A stretch of 64,000 nt of DNA from the human T2T-CHM13v2.0 reference genome, Homo sapiens (GCF_009914755.1 NC_060925.1); one strand, 5' to 3'. Positions 30,791-47,618 are shown, numbered from the stretch's first letter. The notes: generated by a model from the sequence alone, not told the origin. Program-made: numbers and translations.

Positions 30791-31711
30791 CATAAACTGG
30801 GCATGGTGGTGTGTTCCTATAATCCCAGTAACTCATGAAGCTTAGTTGGAAGGAATTAAATTTTAAAAAATTAAATATTTAATTTTTTTAACCTAGTGAT
30901 CTTTTTTAACCTAGTGATCCCACTTCTAGAAATTGATCCTACAGATATACTCACATACCTAAGCCATATCATATGTATACAGATGACAACTGCAATATTG
31001 CATTTAAAAAAAAAAAAGCAGGAGGCAACCTTAAAATGTTCATCAGTATAATATAATAAGAGACTGTGCAGCCACTGGAAAGAATGAAGTAGATCTCTGT
31101 ATAATTTTCCAAGATATACTATTGGGTTTTTTAAAAACAGGGACATTTCTATGTCTCTCTTCATTTTGTATCTTTACCAGTCTGAGAGAAAATGGTATCT
31201 CAATTTTGATTTTGGGTAAGATTGAATGTTTAGTGCTTGTTTATGTTCTTTGATCACTTTCTATTGGGATAGTACTCTTTAATTGAGTCCAAGATTGCTT
31301 TATACATAGAATATTAACCATTATTATACTACTACTACAACTTTTTCATTCATATTACCTTTAAGCTTTTCCAAACAATTTTTTAGAAATATAGTCAAAC
31401 TTTAAAATCTTTTTCATGAAGATCTCTTTTTCTGGTTAAAAGACTTTTCTATCTTCTAGGGCTTTTATTTTTTTTTCAGTTTATTTTTAACTTATCTGGG
31501 ATTAATGTTGATGTGAAGTAGTGATTGTGATCCAAATTTTTTCACCTTAAATGGTTGTCATCTTCTAGTTCTCTTTTTTCCTTTAGGAGTGAGAATAGAT
31601 CATTGGGTTTAGCAGTGTGGAGGTCGCTTATGACCTTGACGAGAAAAGTTTCAGTAGAAATAGTGCAGGCAGAAGCCTTACTGAAGTGGGTTCAAGAGAC
31701 AGGTGTCGTAG

Positions 31712-31918
<207 letters not shown>

Positions 31919-32021
31919 TAATAGAGATGGGGTTTCACCATGTTGGCCAGGCTGGTCTTGAACTCCTGACCTTGTGATCCACCTGCCTCGGCCTCCCAAA
32001 GTGCTAGGATTACAGGCGTGA

Positions 32022-32177
<156 letters not shown>

Positions 32178-32284
32178 TAGCTGGGATTACAGGTGCCCGC
32201 CACCACGCCCAGCTAATTTTTGTATTTTCAGTAGGGATGGGTTTTTGCCATGTTGGCCAGGCTGGTCTTGAACTCCTGACTTCA

Positions 32285-32422
<138 letters not shown>

Positions 32423-32447
32423 TCATGAGAAATATTGTATAAGATGA

Positions 32448-32807
<360 letters not shown>

Positions 32808-34407
32808 TAGCCAGGATGGTCTCGATTTCCTGACCTCATGATCCACCCGTCTCGGCCTCCCAAAGTGCTGGGATTACAGGCGTGAGTCACCACACCTGGC
32901 CCAGAGTGACATTTTTCATTTCCCATTTCCCTTTCATTCTAGAGCCTAGCTCATTGACTGGAATGGTAGGTGGAGTGACCTTCACTATTAGTTTGCTTTC
33001 CTTTACTTTCCAATGTTTACATAGTTGAATTTCAAGTTAAATGTGTTTATAAATTACCTGCACTATCATTTAAAAAATTGCTCCTTTTGTTTTCTTTTGG
33101 AATTCTGATATATTTTACCAGGATGTATCCTTTTTTTTTGTTATTTCTTTGGTATTTAGTGGGCCCATTCAATCTCAGATATGGTATTTATATCTTCAGT
33201 TCAGGGAAATTTTTTTCTGTTATCCCTTTCACCATTATTTTCTTCTTTGGGGGTACCTTTGATATTGCTGTTAGACTTAGTGCTTCAATCCTCCATGTCA
33301 CATAAATTATCTTTTCCAACTTTTTGTCTAGAGATGAGGTTTCACCATGTTGGCCAGGATGGTCTTGATCTCCTGACCTTGTGATCCGCCCACCTCAGCC
33401 TCCCAAAGTGCTGGGATTACAGGTGTGAGCCACTGGGCCCAGCCAAGAAGTTGCTTTTTTATAAGTTACTTGTTTCCTTCTGGAGTGGTGGTTCTGTTTG
33501 TTTACCTTGAACTTTCTCTTTCACATAGGTTTCTTTTGGAAACCTGGGATCTTTTATTTTCTCTTCATATTTATGAATATCAGATACTACTGATTACTAT
33601 AGCTAGCTGTTGTGTTTCCTCTACAGTTATGTAGGTAGCTAGGTAGTTCTTTTTTCCTTAAAAGTCTCTCCCTTGAATGGGGTGGCTGATTCTGGCTTCT
33701 TACAGTAGGCAAGGTTTATCAAGAAGCAGCATTTCTTGTGTTCTTGCCTCACTGATGAGTAACAGGCAGGGAAGCAGGAACCTCCAAAGTAAGGAGGCCT
33801 TCAGAGACTCAGAGTGAAGTGTGCCATTTTCTTTAGTTCTTTGGTGGAGTTACCGGTGCTTTGCTTTCTTTTCCCTCTGTGTTTAAAGATCTGAAATTAC
33901 CTCTGACATGGCTCTACTTCTGTCTTAGGCACTAACGTACTCAGTAGGAACCATCCCTATAACAGGCCTCACTTTCAATTTAAGAGCAGCATGTTTTTGG
34001 CTTTAGCTTAAGAGCAAAAGCTGTTAATTTTTCTGTTCAGTTTTGATGGGAAGTTTTACATAGTTCTCGGTGTTAGTAAGTTCTTATGAAGCGTTAGCTG
34101 TGTTTACTGTTATTAAAATATATATGATCATCTCTTTTGTGACATGAATGATTAAAAAAATAAGTAGTTGTTTATAGTGAGAGGATGTGATTTATCTCTT
34201 AGTTTTTGGTTTGGGGCTTTGGTCTGAGAACTACTTTGGTTCATCCTAAATTTTATTTTACTCTATTTGGCAATGTTTTTGTTTATATTGTGCACTTGTC
34301 ATTTGGGTTGAAAATTACAGCTCCTTGGGGAATAGGGAGGGATACCAAAAGAATGTATGATAGAAGATATGATGGTAATGTTACTTTTTCCTTTTTTGCT
34401 TTTCCAG

Positions 34408-34453
34408 TTTGAACAAAAAAGTGGTGCAGTTTTTGATGAAATTGTAGAGAACT
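34408..34453 (+). CDS. ZMYM4: Internal coding micro-exon (46 nt, phase 0 to phase 1) of zinc finger MYM-type protein 4, probably exon 2
   Basis: Strong acceptor (ttactttttccttttttgcttttccag|), reading TTT GAA CAA AAA AGT GGT GCA GTT TTT GAT GAA ATT GTA GAG AAC T = FEQKSGAVFDEIVEN(C), consensus donor |gtaagt at 34454. The peptide matches my recollection of the ZMYM4 N-terminus (MAEREVESGPRKR-FEQKSGAVFDEIVENC-GGIMD). Confidence 0.9.
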
Positions 34454-35125
34454 GTAAGTACCATTTGAGAAAAAACAATCATGTCTTTAGATAGAAAATG
34501 AATGTTAATCTAGATGTGGTATTTAACTATTACAGTGTTTAGTTAGGGCTGATTTATGTGATGGTTCAATCTGATTTAGTCTAGATCTCATCACGTACTG
34601 TTCTTTCAGCAGGTTAATCTGAATTGTAAGAATCTTATTCTTTTTTTCAATAAATATTTTATTCTCATAGTTATCATATTAAAATATAGCCATACTTCGT
34701 GTCTATATGGAAGATTATACTTACCACTATTAAGGGTTTCTACTTGGGTTAAGGTCTTTTATTTTCTTTTAAAATTCTTTTTGTGTTATCGTATTTTTAG
34801 AAATAATTTGTTTTTTATGATTATAAAAGTAATACATTCAATTTTACAATACAGAAATGAATAAAATAGAAAGTAAAAGTCTTTGTCATTACCATTCTCC
34901 AAAGATAACCAGTTTTAAAAGTTTAACATATATATCTTTCCAGACTTTTTTCTATGAGTGTATATAGCTATACATGGTGTATGGAGATTTATATATGTGT
35001 GTAGGAATCATAGATACTGTTCTTGCTTTTTTTCATTCAACTGCGTAGACATCTTTCTGTGTCAATGGATATAGACCTGTTGCACCCTTTTTAATGGCTA
35101 CTCAGTATTTTATTGTATGGCTGTA

Positions 35126-36273
35126 TAATAAGTCCTCACTAAATGTTGTTGATATGTTCTTGGAAATTGTGACTTTAGGTGAAATGGCATATAATGAAAC
35201 CAATTTTACTATAAGTTTAAATTGATAGAAGTAAGAGTTAAGTTCCTGTGGCATATTTTTAGTCACAAAAACACCATCAAACTTCTAAATAAAGATCTGA
35301 AACACTTCTAATATTAAACATTGAAATAAATGTGAGCTATACATGCATACAAGAAAGATTAATAAAAACAAGTAAGATAATTATTTACCCAGTTTTTGGT
35401 GAATCAGCGAGTGATGGTGCTTGTAGTGGTGGTTGGTTAACTTAAGGAATAAATGTTTGCAAAGCAAACATTGTCAAGAGCACCTCCTACCACCATGCAG
35501 TTCAGAAACAAACAATAATAAACATGATGGGCTCACTGAGTGCATCATTTATGTACTTTTCTGTGCTGATTATATATTTTATGAATTTTATTACAATAAT
35601 TTATATTCATTCATTCATTTTCCAATCCCCTTATTCCAATTCAGGGTCATGGGTGGCCGAAGCCTATCCTGGCAGCCTCAGGGCACAAGGCAGGAACCAG
35701 TCCTGGACAGGATGCCATCCCATCACAGTGTGCTTCACACACACACACCCATGCTCACTCAGACTGGGACAATTTAGACACGCTAATTAACCTAATGTGC
35801 ACATCTTTGGGATGTGGGAGGAATCTAGAACATCTGGAGCAAACTCATGCAGACATGGAAAGAATATACAAACTCCACATAAATAATAGCCCTGGCTTGG
35901 AGTCATTTTTTTTCTCTCTTTTTTTGAGATGGAGCCTTGCTTTGTCACCCAGGCTTGAGTGAAGTGGCGTGATCTAGGCTCACTGCAACCTCTGCCTCAC
36001 AGGTTCAAGTGATTCTCCTGTGTCAGCCTCCTGAGTCACTGGGACTACAGGCACACGTCACCACTCCTAGCTAATTTTTTATATTTTTGGTAGAGATGGG
36101 GTTTTACCATGTTGGCCAGGCTGTTCTCGAACTCCTGACCTCAAGTGATCCACCTGCCTTGGCCTCCCAAAGTCCTGGGATTACAGGCGTGAGCCACAGC
36201 GCCCGGGCTTTGTTTCTCTCTTCAGTGCTACAGCAAAATAACATTGAATGAAATGTTATTAGAGGACCTGCTG
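35126..36273 (-). mobile_element. MER6 (Tigger-related non-autonomous element) with an internal Alu
   Basis: Termini (c)agtaagtcctcac-like at 35126 and gaggacctgctg at 36262-36273, each flanked by TA; internal ctaattaacctaatgtgcacatctttgggatgtgggagg. Confidence 0.85.
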
Positions 36274-39200
36274 TACTATAATTTAACTAGCTTCTTTTAT
36301 ACATGTGTAATTTATTTTCAATTTTGCATTATTATTAAGAACATTGAATATGTATTCCCATACACATCTTTGTATACTTGTTGAAGCATTCTGTAGAATA
36401 AATTCCAAGAATAGAATTGATTAATTATCAAAGGATATTTTTGTGCTTTTTTATGAAAGACAAATTTTGTCAACTAGAGTTCTTGAATTAAGGGAATGTA
36501 CTTTTTTAAAAAAAATTTACTTCTACCAGTAGGATCTGTACTTTCTTTCTCTTTGTAATTAGTTTAATATTTTAGAATGATAATATTTTTAGACTACCGT
36601 CTGACTATGTTATTTGATATTGAGAGGTAACTATATCTCCTGATCTTCAGTGGATTTAGTTATTGTGTGTCTTTTTTGTTTTAGGCAATCAAAAATAGAA
36701 TTTAGCTAGCTTATCCAGAAGAATCATTTTAGATATATACTAGGATATTTCATAAAATATAAGATAAAATGAATTTCCTGCAGGGTACTCAGCAAAAGGA
36801 GATCATGTCTGTTCTCTACAAGTGCTGCCAGAAAGCAGTTATATTCCCACGATTTTTAATCTTTCTGTATATCCATTCTAAATTTCAAGTTGTTTGGAGA
36901 AAGATTATGATTGGGCCAGCTTGAATCTCATGTTCATCTTTGAACCAATTATCTGTGGTCAGGGAAACCAGGCCAGATAGTAAAACATACCTCTTGGAAG
37001 GCATGCCTCTGTCACTACTCACTTTCGCCAAATAATGTTTGAATACCTATTTTGGATGATATGCCTTTGCTCAAGTGTGTATATTGGTATTAGAAATGAA
37101 TCATATAGCTTTCTAATGAAGGTTTTAATCTGATGGATTGTTAAAGTTGTTGCAGTAAAAACATTCTTAAAGAGGCAATAGGAATCTGTATTAAACCTGT
37201 AGCCGGGCTACTGTACTTGGAGTTCTACACCCAACATTTGGGGTTTGTGTTTCTGGTACATGGTGTTTCTCTGCTCTCCTTCCTTAAACATTATTAGGCT
37301 CTCGATTTACAAGCAGAATGTTTTATTCTTTATTTTAGTTTTTATTTTAGAGACAGGGTCTTGCAGTTGCCTAGGCTGGAATGCAGTGGCATGATCATAG
37401 CTCACTACAACCTTGAACTCCTGGGGTCAAGTGATCCTCCCATCTCAGCATCCAAGTAGCTGGGACTATAGATGTGATCACCATGCCTGGCTAATTTTTT
37501 AATTTTTTTTTTTTTTTTTTTTTTGTAGAGATTAGGTCTTATTATGTTTTCCAATCAGGTCTTAAACACCTGGCCTCAAACAATCCTCCTGCCTTGGCCT
37601 CCCAAAGTGCTGGGATTACAGGAGTGAGCCACCACACCCAGCCAACCAGAAAGTTTTATACCAAATGTTAGTTGCAAATGGTGCAATAAAGGTTACCCTT
37701 TATCTCCCCTTTTCTGGTAGTTTAAATTAAAAGGATGTTGAAAGCCCTGGAGGCAGAGAAGTGACTAGCTTGGAAGGAATACTGGCCTCTCTCTGTGAGG
37801 GGAATTCAGGAACATAGACCCCTATCCAGGAGAGATAAGGGCAGACAGCTACATAGATGATATTCTGGAAAGCTCCGATACCAAAGATGATCATCCTAGC
37901 CCTCCCATTTTGTCTTGGGATTCATGTCTAGAAAAAAAGATTAACTGTATCTCAGGGAACTGTCTCAAAATGTCTGGTGTAGCACTAGACCTACCAGACC
38001 TACCCTGCTAGACCTACCATCTACTCATTGCCCAAGACCACCGGGATATGGGACCTCAAATATTTGTTTTGTAGATCAAATTCTGCCCTACTGTGGTATA
38101 ATCCTATCACTGTCAGCAAAATATAGTATTTACTAATTATTGGCACACATAAATTAGCAGAGGCTAACCCCGTTTGTGAAGACATTGAGAAATCTAGTTT
38201 AAACATGAAAAATCTGAATTGACTTTCCAAAGATACAATATCTTCAGTGAAAGGGATTTAAAAGAAGACTTCAACATTTTATGCAGGTGAGAAGAGAAGG
38301 TGCGTTTCTTCAAGTTTGTTCTCCTGTGTCAGGACAATTTGTGATGTGGATTTTTAAAGATACATGGTGTGTTAGAGGAAATGACTGATTCTGTAGATGA
38401 TCTTAATTCATGTTCCCTCAACCATTACTAGTTTATGTGAAGTTTTAAAGAAGTTGAAATAAAATAGGGAGATTGCTTTTATTTAATATATTCAGATAGT
38501 TGCTTCCTTAAGTCAAGGATTTTTATTCATTAAATGGCTCTAAGATAGCCAACTGGTCACTCAGCAATGGTTACTTTTCTTATTGATAGAATAAGTTTAT
38601 TGAACATAACAGACTTGACAGTTTTAGGGGAAAAGTAAGAGCATTGCCGATTTGTTCATGAAGTACAGTTATTTGGATTCTAAAAATTATTCTTATTATT
38701 TTGACTACTTTCAGTGTACTAGTTTACTTGTGAAAAAGTTTGCATGTATTATCTTTTAAAAATTCTCCCTTTTTCTGGTTTAACTGAGGCAGGGTCTTGC
38801 TATGTTGCTGAGACTGGCTTCAAACTCCTGGGGTCAAGCAGTCCTCCTTCCACTGCCTCCCAAACTGCTAGGATTACCAGCATGAGTCACCACGCCCTAC
38901 CCTTTAAAAATTCTAATAATAATTAATTAGAATATTAGGTTTAACTATATATAATAGAAGCACAATAGAACTTTATTTCTTGGCTGGGCATGGTGGCTCA
39001 CACCTGTAATTCCAGTACTTTGGGAGGCTGAAGCAAGAGGATTGCATGAACCCAGGAGTTCAAAACCAGCCTGGGCACATAGCAAGACCCTGTCTCTGCA
39101 AAAAATACATAAAATAGTTGAATGTGGTGGTGCATGCCTGTAGTCCCAGCTGCTTGGGAGATTGAGTCAGGAGGATTGATTGAGTCCAAGAATTTGAGGT

Positions 39201-39339
39201 TACGGTGAGCTGATGGTGCCATTGCACTCCAGCCTGAGCTGCAGAGAAAGACCCTGTCTCAAAATATAAAAGGAAGGAAGGGAAGAAGGGAGGGAGGGAG
39301 GGAGGAAGGATAAGGAAGGAATGAGGAAAGAAAAGGAGT

Positions 39340-39726
39340 TTATTTCTCATATAAAAGAAGCCCAGATGATAATATGGCTCTGTGGTTATCAAGAAAGCTC
39401 TTCCAGCTATCTGGATTTTATCCCTAGTGTGTGACTTCCATTTTCAAGGTAGCGTGGTGTTCTAGGATGGCTGCTGTATCTTGAGCCTGGAGTAGGGAGG
39501 AAGGAGAGCAAAAGGCACACTTCTGAACAGAATCAGCTTCTTGAAGAACTTTCCTGGAAAATCTACCTGTGTACTTAGGTTTATATCTCATTGGCCATCC
39601 TACCTTCAAAGAAAGCTGGGAATAGTAATCCTTTACCTGAGCCCATTGTTATCAAGAATAAAATTGAGGCTCTCTTAGTAAGGAAAAGGGAGAGAATTGT
39701 TATTGTGTACATAGTGTCTGCTGCAA
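39340..39726. mobile_element. MLT1 (MaLR) LTR, old subfamily
   Basis: ggatggctgctg; tatctcattggcca; ctaccttcaaagaaagctgggaa; aaaattgaggctctcttagtaaggaaaaggg. Confidence 0.55.
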
Positions 39727-40688
39727 CAACCTTTTTTCAAAGGTGCTACAACTGTTTCTATTTCACTAAGGAGCAAACTAAGGCTTAGAGACATCATTTC
39801 ACTTTTAAGTGATGGAATCAGGATTTGAATGCTGATTTACCTAGCTACTAAGACCCTCCTTCCAAATCTTTCATTACCTGTTTCTGTACCTCACCCTAGT
39901 TCACTTGTATCACAGGTTTTGAAGAATAATTATTATTCGATGAAATAGTGGAGTAATTTATAAAGTAATTCAGAAATAGTTTTAGGTATATTAACCATGA
40001 CTGAAGTTTTTGTGGCTGCTTGTGGAGCATCAGCATCAGTTTGTGTCTGAATTATAATGTATCTGCCTTATCAATGCAGTTCAATTTTTAAAAGAACTGA
40101 TATAATTAAAATTTTTCTAAATGGAACAAACAAAAAATAAAACTGATAATTTGAGTCTTTTTTAAAAAAACTACTTAAAAATTTTTGTTTACATGGTCTT
40201 TTGCTAAGTATTATTTGGATCCTTCAAACATTGTAAAGGAATACTTTCTTTATGAAAATGTTGAAATCAAAGCCTAAAAGTCTTCTTTAGGGATATAAAC
40301 ATGGGTAGAGAATTGAGATGGTGTTAATTGAAAAACACCTCACAGTTCTCAATAATTTTTTAGTTCTCCTTAAATAAAGGTATAGGTTCTTCTTGAATTA
40401 AACAAACTGATCAGTGATTAGTATACAATTTTCAAATGAATAAACTGAACTAAACTGATTTTTGTTTTATCTCTGTATTGGTAAAAGGTTTATGTTTTTG
40501 CCAGTAACTTACAGCAATTTCAGCATTGTTATCAATAAAATTGTGGTGTCAGTCAGGCGCAGTGGCTCACGCCTGTAATCCCAGCACTTTGGGAGGCCGA
40601 GGTGGGTGGATTGCTTGAGGTCAGGAGTTCGAGACCATCCTAGCCAACATGGTGAAACCCTGTTGCTACTAAAAATACAAAAAATTCA

Positions 40689-40919
<231 letters not shown>

Positions 40920-41336
40920 CTAAAAAGGAGATATAAGTTCTATGTGAATTTTAGTTTAGGTTGATCAGTAGGATAAGAGGGTGGTAAAAGTATGTTGTAA
41001 ATGTTTGAATATAAGATGATTCCAAATACAGGGTTCTGACCCATTTCCCAGTGAAAAGATAAGAGAAAAAAATAGAATTTTGTTATCTAGAATACATTTA
41101 CTAATAGCCATGTGGGTGAAATAGATGTCTATTAATCATTTATTAAATTATATACATATTTAAAATCTCCTTATGTTAAATAGTATTGATTTAGAAAATA
41201 CTGGTTTTCTTATAGTTGTTTTGTGAATTTTATGCAGACTCTAGAAATTTGACATTGTTAATCACTAGTGTCACTTTTTAAGTCAGTTAATGTAGTTTTC
41301 CAGAGCCTTCTAAATTATGTAAGTTATATTCTGAAT

Positions 41337-42165
41337 TTGCATTCTGATTACTGGTATGTGCTACTTAACAAATCACCCCATAACTAATGGTGTAAAACAC
41401 TTTTATTAAGCTCAAGGATTCAATGGCTCCGGTGTTCAGAAAGGGTATACTGGGGATGTTTTTTTTTTTTTTTTTTTCTCTCCACAATGTCTTTGGTCTT
41501 GACTGAGAAGATTTGGAGGCTGAAGTTGACTGAATGGCTTGATGTTGGAATAATCTGAAAGTTTGTTCACTCATGTTTGGTGCCTTGCCTAACAGGACTC
41601 AAAGACTGTGACTGCTGACTTGAGCACCTGTACGTAGTCTGTTACCTTGCCTTCCTCATAGTGTGGCAGCCTTAAGGTCTTCTCACTTCTTTTATGGTGG
41701 CTCAGGGATCCAAGCAAAATACTAATTCAGTGAATAAGGCATAAGTTATATTATTATTATTATTTTTCTCCAGACAGGCTCTCATCCTGTCACCCAGGCT
41801 GTAGTGTAGTGACTATCATAATTCACTCTGACCTCGAACTCCTGGGCTCAAGTGATCCTCCTGCCTCAACCTCCCAGGTAGCTAGAACTATAGGCCTGCA
41901 CCTCTGCACTTGCCTGATTTGTATATTTTTTTTGTAGAAATGGGTCTTGGCTATGTTGCCCATGCTGGTGCATCATCTTTTCTGACCTAGCTTCAAAAGT
42001 TATTTGGCATCCCTTCCACCAGACAGTTCACAAGCTTGCCCAGATTCAGAAGCTATAGACCCCACATCTTAATAGGAGGAGGGAGGGTGAAGGTCACGTT
42101 ATAGAAAAGCACATGGATGGAAGATACTGTTGCAGCCATTTTTGTAAAATAAAATCTGCTGTCAC
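41337..42165. mobile_element. MLT1 (MLT1F/H-like) LTR with an internal Alu fragment
   Basis: taacaaatcacccc..aact.atgg..taaaaca; ttttctgacctagcttcaaaagt; gttgcagccatttttgtaaaata.aatctgc. Confidence 0.65.
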
Positions 42166-43044
42166 AGCATATAAAATACCCTGTTAAAAAATATTCTAAG
42201 CCATAAAATAGCTTTAAAAATTTTATCCTAGAGGTTTGTGTTTGGATCTTCATGGCATTAACTATTTCCAGTAATACATATATGTAAATTGCATGAATCT
42301 GATCATACATGATTTTTTTTTTTTTTTTTGAGACAGAGTCTTGCTCTGTTGCCCAGGTTGGAGTGCAGTGGTGCAATCTAAGCTCACTGTAGCTTCCGCC
42401 TCCTGGGCTCAAGCAATTCCTGTTCCTCAGCCTCCCAGGTAGCTGGGACTACAGGTGCGCCACCACACCCGGCTAATTTTTTGTATTTTTAATAGAGACG
42501 GGGTTTCACCATGTTGGCCAAGGTGGTCTCAAGCTCCCGGTCTCAAGTTGATCTGCCTATCTCGGCCTCCCAAAGGTCTGGGATTACAAGTGTCAGCTAC
42601 TGCGCCTGGCCCATATATGATTTTTTAAGAGTAACATTTTGGCTTTTCTGTTGGCTTGGCCTCACCTTCCCATATCATTGTTCCTATCCCCTCTCATAAC
42701 TTGTGTCAACAGCTTTGTAGGTAGCCTTCCATGTTTTTCAGTGCTCATAACATCATTATATACATAAACATACACAAATATATGTATGTCAGGATTTTGA
42801 GTTTTTCTTATTTAACAAAAATGGGATCATATACATACTTTTCTCCTCCTCACTTCTCTCTGTCTTGAGTACTTCATAAAACCCCTTCACCTCAACTGGA
42901 ATAGCTCTCTATTCTGTGATTTTAATGCACAATAAGTCATCTTCTGCTTTGTTTTTAGGCATTTATGTCGTTTAAGGTTTTTTCTGCCACAATGAACAAT
43001 GATACATTAAAAGTCCTTTAATGTATGTTTTTGTAAGTTGGTCA

Positions 43045-43371
<327 letters not shown>

Positions 43372-44252
43372 CTAAAAAATAAAAAAGCACTTTAATACCT
43401 CACATTTCCACCAGCAGTGTAGTAAGAACACCTTCCCCCATCCATTAGTATATATTATAGCTCTTCTTAATATTTCCCAGTCTGATGGATGTAAAATATC
43501 ACAGCCTTAACTTTAATTTGTATGTTCTCAACTCCTGTAGAATTTGAGCAGCTTTTAATAAGTTTAACATTTAGACTGGCTTTCTCTGTATTGTCTAGTA
43601 ATAAATATTTGTTGAAGAATGAATATCTTTTGCCCTTTAAAAAAAGTTTACTTTTTCTTCATAGCAAGTTGTAAGCTTGTTTTATATTTTAATAATAGCT
43701 GTTATGGTGAGTCACAGTAAGCACAGTAAAGCATACATCTGAAAGAAGATTCAGATATACATAATAGACAATCACTATTCATTCAGGATTTTTAACTTTG
43801 AGAATGCATAATGTAAAGTTCTTTTGATGGGGGCAGGAGTTCTGATTTCCCTCATTTGACTCCCTTTTTGTGTCATCTTGAGCTAAATAAATGTTTTTGA
43901 CACTTAAACATTTTGGTATCGTTTATGACATCTGGGTTTTCAGTCTTGTTTAAGAAAGTTTTTCTCACTCCTTAGTTATTTCTCGGAATACTTCGAAAAC
44001 TTTTTATAAATTATTAAACACAAAATAAACTTACAATGTAAGATATATTTTATGAAAACGCTTAACCACTTAGCTTTTTAAAATGTATATTTTCATGCTC
44101 TTGATGCCAATTTCCCAGTCTCATACAAGTAGCCACCTCTCCAAAAAGGTGGCCATCATCCTGAATTTTGTGTTTATTTTCTTGCTTTTCCTTTACCACA
44201 ATTATTGAATATTTGTAGTTTTGCTTGGTTTTGAGCTTTGTATTGTTTTTGA

Positions 44253-44573
<321 letters not shown>

Positions 44574-45459
44574 TGAGCCACCATGCCTGGCCCTCATTGC
44601 GTATTTCTGAGATTTTACTGCATTGTTGTATGCGGTTCTTGTTTATTTGTTTGTCACCAATGCATGATAATTCATTATATAAATATATAACTATTTTAAA
44701 TTGTGGAAAAAACATAAAATTCTGGGCCAGGCGCAGTGGCTCAACACCTGTAATCCCAGCACTTTGGGAGGTCAAGGTGGGTGGATCACGAGGTCAGGAG
44801 ATCGAGACCATCCTAGCTAACACGGTGAAACTTTGTCTCTACTAAAAATATAAAAAATTAGCCGGACGTGATGGCAGGCGCATGTAGTCCCAGCTACTCG
44901 GGAGGCTGAGGCAGGAGAATGGCGTGAACCTGGGAGGCGGAGCTTGCAGTGAGCCTGGGCGAGAGAGCGAGACTCCGTCTCAAAAAAACAAAACAAAACA
45001 AAAAACCATAAAATTTACCACCTAAGCCATTTTTAAGTGTGCAGTTCAGTAGTGTTAAGTATATTCACATTGTTGTGCAACAGATCTCTGGAACTTTTTC
45101 ATCCTGCAAAAGTGAAACTCTGTACCCATTGATCAATAAGTCCTCATCACCCCCTCTTCATCCCCTGGCAACCTTAGAAGTTTTATCTTCTAAGAGTTTG
45201 ACTATGGTAGTAACTGTGTGTACGTTAGCATATCCTCAAGGTTCATCATGTTGTACCTTGTGGAACCATGTTGAACCTTCTTGTACCATGTTGAACATTC
45301 TGATACATGTAGCATGTGTTAGAATTGCCTTCATTTTTAAGGTAAAAATGATACTTTAGTGTATCCTCAAGGTTCATCATGTTGAACCTTGTGGTACCAT
45401 GTTGAACATTCTGACACATGTTGTAACATGAGTCACAATTACCTTTTTTTTTTTTTTGA

Positions 45460-46450
<991 letters not shown>

Positions 46451-46594
46451 CTATAGATTTCTTGATGTTTCCAGTTTTTCTATTGCAAATTTATCCTTTA
46501 TGATTATTCTTGCATATGTTTCTTTATAACATATAAGAAATTAATATGTATGCAATTCAGTATAAGATGTGTTTCTTATGGTAGGTCTCTAGGG

Positions 46595-47232
46595 CAGAGG
46601 TTGGCAAACTTTTTCTCTAAAGGGCCAGATAGTAAACATTTTAGACTTTGTAGGTCATACTGTCTCTGTTGCAGCAGTTCAGCTCTGCCTTTGTAGCATA
46701 AAAACAATACAGATAAGGCCGGGTGTGGTGGCTCACACCTGTAATCCCAGCACTTTGGGAGGCTGAGGCGGGTGGATCACCTGAGGTCAGGAGACCAGCC
46801 TGGCTAACATGGCGAAACCCCATCTCTACTAAAAATACAGAAATCAGCTGGGCGTGGTGGCAGGCACCTGCAATTCCAGCTACTTGGGAGGCTGAGGCAG
46901 GAATATCCTTTGAACTCAGGAGGTGGAGGTTGCAGTGAGCCAGGATTGCACAACTGCACTCCAGCCTGGGTGACAGAGCGAGACTCCATCTCAAAAATAA
47001 AATAAAATAAAAACAATATAGATAGTACATAAATGGATTATTGTGTTTCTGACAAAACTTTAGGGACTCTGAAATTTGAATTTAATGTAATTTTTCATGT
47101 GTCAGGGAATGTTCTTTTGATTGTTTTTTAAACTATTAAAACATGTGAAAATCATTCTTAGCTCTTGGGCTATACAGAAACAGAAGGGAGGTCTCTTGGA
47201 TTTGACATGCAGGCATAGTTTACCTACCCCTG
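46595..47232 (+). mobile_element. MER58B hAT-Charlie MITE with an internal Alu
   Basis: cagaggttggcaaactttttc...tagtttacctacccctg; 8-bp TSD ctctaggg (46587-46594) and ctgtaggg (47233-47240). Other MER58-like pieces at about 11158, 55863 and 63920. Confidence 0.85.
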
Positions 47233-47325
47233 CTGTAGGGTATATTTGAGGAGGTGATTGCTCAGGCCTAGGCAGGTGTACATTCTCAACTTTGCTAGAA
47301 ACGCAAAACTTAGTTTCTTTTGTGC

Positions 47326-47618
47326 AGTTGATCCTTGAACAACATGGGCTTGAACTGTACGGGTCCACTTATGCATGGATTTTGGATTTTATTTAGTAAA
47401 TACAGTTGGCCCTCTGTATCAGTGGATCCTGCAACCAAGCGTGGATAGAAAATGCAGTATGTGAGGGATGTGAAACCTGCTTATACAGAGGGCTGACTTT
47501 TTTTTCATATCAGCAGTCTCATGCCAACTGTAGGCCTTGAATATGCTCGGGTTTTGGTATCTGTGGGGTAGGGGAATGTCCTGGAACCAAAGCTCCAGTA
47601 ATACCAAGGAAAGACTAG
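47326..47618 (+). mobile_element. MER2B-like Tigger derivative
   Basis: cagttgatccttgaacaacatgggcttgaactgtacgggtccacttat...aaatacagttggccctctgtatc...gtcctggaaccaa. Confidence 0.7.

Noticed and set aside
31587-31702. Possible cryptic exon (ttttttcctttag|GAG...ACAG|gtgtcg)
   Set aside because: Within an L2 fragment, weak donor, no further support.
37985-38020. Short agacctacc repeats
   Set aside because: Three copies of a 9-mer, [14 protein letters not shown] local slippage; no functional inference possible.
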